Origin: Vibrio vulnificus CMCP6
GTDB taxonomy: Bacteria > Pseudomonadota > Gammaproteobacteria > Enterobacterales > Vibrionaceae
Length of the DNA stretch: 32,000 nt
Assembly: GCF_000039765.1 (NCBI RefSeq)
Contig: NC_004460.2
Span: 90,001 to 122,000, forward strand
Direction of reading: 5' to 3'
The translations under genes were made by a program, and so were the position numbers. The notes under the pieces were generated by a model that was given only the letters and a program-made list of their open reading frames with translations, made no database searches and was not told the DNA's origin. Shown piece after piece: positions 31,070-32,000 of this stretch. Every line of letters starts with the position of its first letter. The first letter of the stretch is position 1.

Positions 31070-32000
31070 CATGCTGCTAACGGCCAATAAAACCGCCCAG
31101 TTTTTTATCCAAAAAGAGTATCACCATGTCGAATTGCAAGGTCAGTCTCTCCTCTTGGTATCGGTCGGAAGCGAGGAGCACATTCCATTCACGGTTTGGA
31201 ATGGTGAGATTCATGTAAAACGAGGCTTGTTTTGGGGGGCATTGCAGTTTTTTGCGCATCCGGTCGAAGGTAAGCAGCAGAGCTGGCTGGTACAAGGTCT
31301 TCCATGGCCAGAGTGCAAACAATTTGCTCGGAATGCAGTAGAACAATATCAACAGTGGCACGATCAGCAATGTCGCCAATTGAGTCAGTATTTGCCAATT
31401 TGGGAAGACGGGCTACACCGTTTAATCTATCTACCGGCTTATTTACCGCATTCAACCGTAGACACTTGGGTTCGTGATGTTCATGGTCAATTAAAAGAAA
31501 TGAACATGACACTTGATGAAGCGAAACAGCGACTGCCAGAGCGGGTGGCTGCGATGGAAAGCTGGCTACTTGATGGAGAGCAAGCGATTCAACAGCGCAA
31601 TTTGTCTTGGCTTGAACAGGAAAGGCAAAATTGGGAAGTGTTGTTCAATCAAATCGAATCTTCGCCGCTCAATGTTTCTCAGCAACATGCGGTGTTGCTG
31701 AATGATGATCACAATCTCGTCTTGGCTGGGGCCGGTTCAGGGAAAACCAGCGTATTGACCGCTCGGGTGGCGTATTTATTACAAAGCCATCAAGCGACAG
31801 ATGAACAAATGCTGTTGTTGGCGTTTGGTCGTGATGCGGCTCAGGAGCTGAAACAGCGCTTAGTGGATAAAATAGGGCTTGCCGCGCAAAACACCAGTGT
31901 GTCTACCTTCCATCAGTTAGGCTTGTCGATCATTCACCAAGTGGAAAGTAAGCCTGTAGAGATTTCCCCCATCGCTTTGGATGACAAACTGCGTCAAGCA
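31070..32000 (+). pseudogene. helD: helicase IV (HelD), 3'-truncated by the window; as given it carries a +1 frameshift in the Walker A codons
   Basis: Read by hand and absent from the supplied track. ATG 31070 gives ...KRGLFWGALQF...LFNQIESSPLNVSQQHAVL...LVLAGAGSG, then GGGG (31739-31742) shifts the frame and this frame stops at TGA 31802-31804. The next frame continues KTSVLTARVAYLL...LLLAFGRDAAQEL...STFHQLGLSII to the window end. Collinear with E. coli HelD. Confidence 0.8.

Overview
The gene content points to a Vibrionaceae-type gammaproteobacterial chromosome. This is an inference; no database search was possible. Bases 411-12435 hold a complete, tightly coupled Tad/Flp (type IVc) pilus locus. 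Its order is tadV, divergent from flp-rcpC-rcpA-cpaD-tadZ-tadA-tadB-tadC-tadD-tadE-tadF-tadG-ompA-like, and it ends at one strong intrinsic terminator. By eye this block is AT-richer than the rest of the window (not computed). The remaining 20 kb is mostly recognisable cargo. It contains a cystatin-like lipoprotein, a membrane EEP-family nuclease/phosphatase, and a tRNA-Leu(UAA)-tRNA-Cys(GCA) operon. Next come a PspB-like small protein, a class-3 lipase, and a CitT-type DASS antiporter divergent from a CitA/DcuS-CitB/DcuR two-component pair. These are followed by maltose O-acetyltransferase, a NUDIX plus MazG-like pair, and a NifW-like plus Cys-rich small-protein pair. An iron-siderophore-type ABC importer follows (two FecCD permeases and an ATPase, no binding protein), then CueR and two small membrane proteins. 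The window ends with an orphan class-I HMG-CoA reductase, two small unknown ORFs, YccS, and the 5' part of helicase IV (helD). I do not see a convincing, entirely new multi-gene system. The best leads are listed here. (1) The Flp pilin has Ala instead of Gly at the processing site and a perfect (GGT)5 tail encoded by a 9-bp tandem repeat. (2) TadD is fused to a C-terminal SPOR-like domain. (3) Three gene lesions are visible by direct reading: an in-frame TGA at the conserved Trp of the MazG-like gene, a likely homopolymer frameshift at the 5' end of the first ABC permease, and a +1 G frameshift inside the helD Walker A codons. The helD ORF is missing from the supplied ORF track. (4) Two promoters share an ATTGCGAATG/Fur-like element. 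(5) A NifW-like and Cys-rich gene pair sits in a non-nif context. All family calls come from motifs I can read in the translations. Coordinates of small sites were counted by hand.
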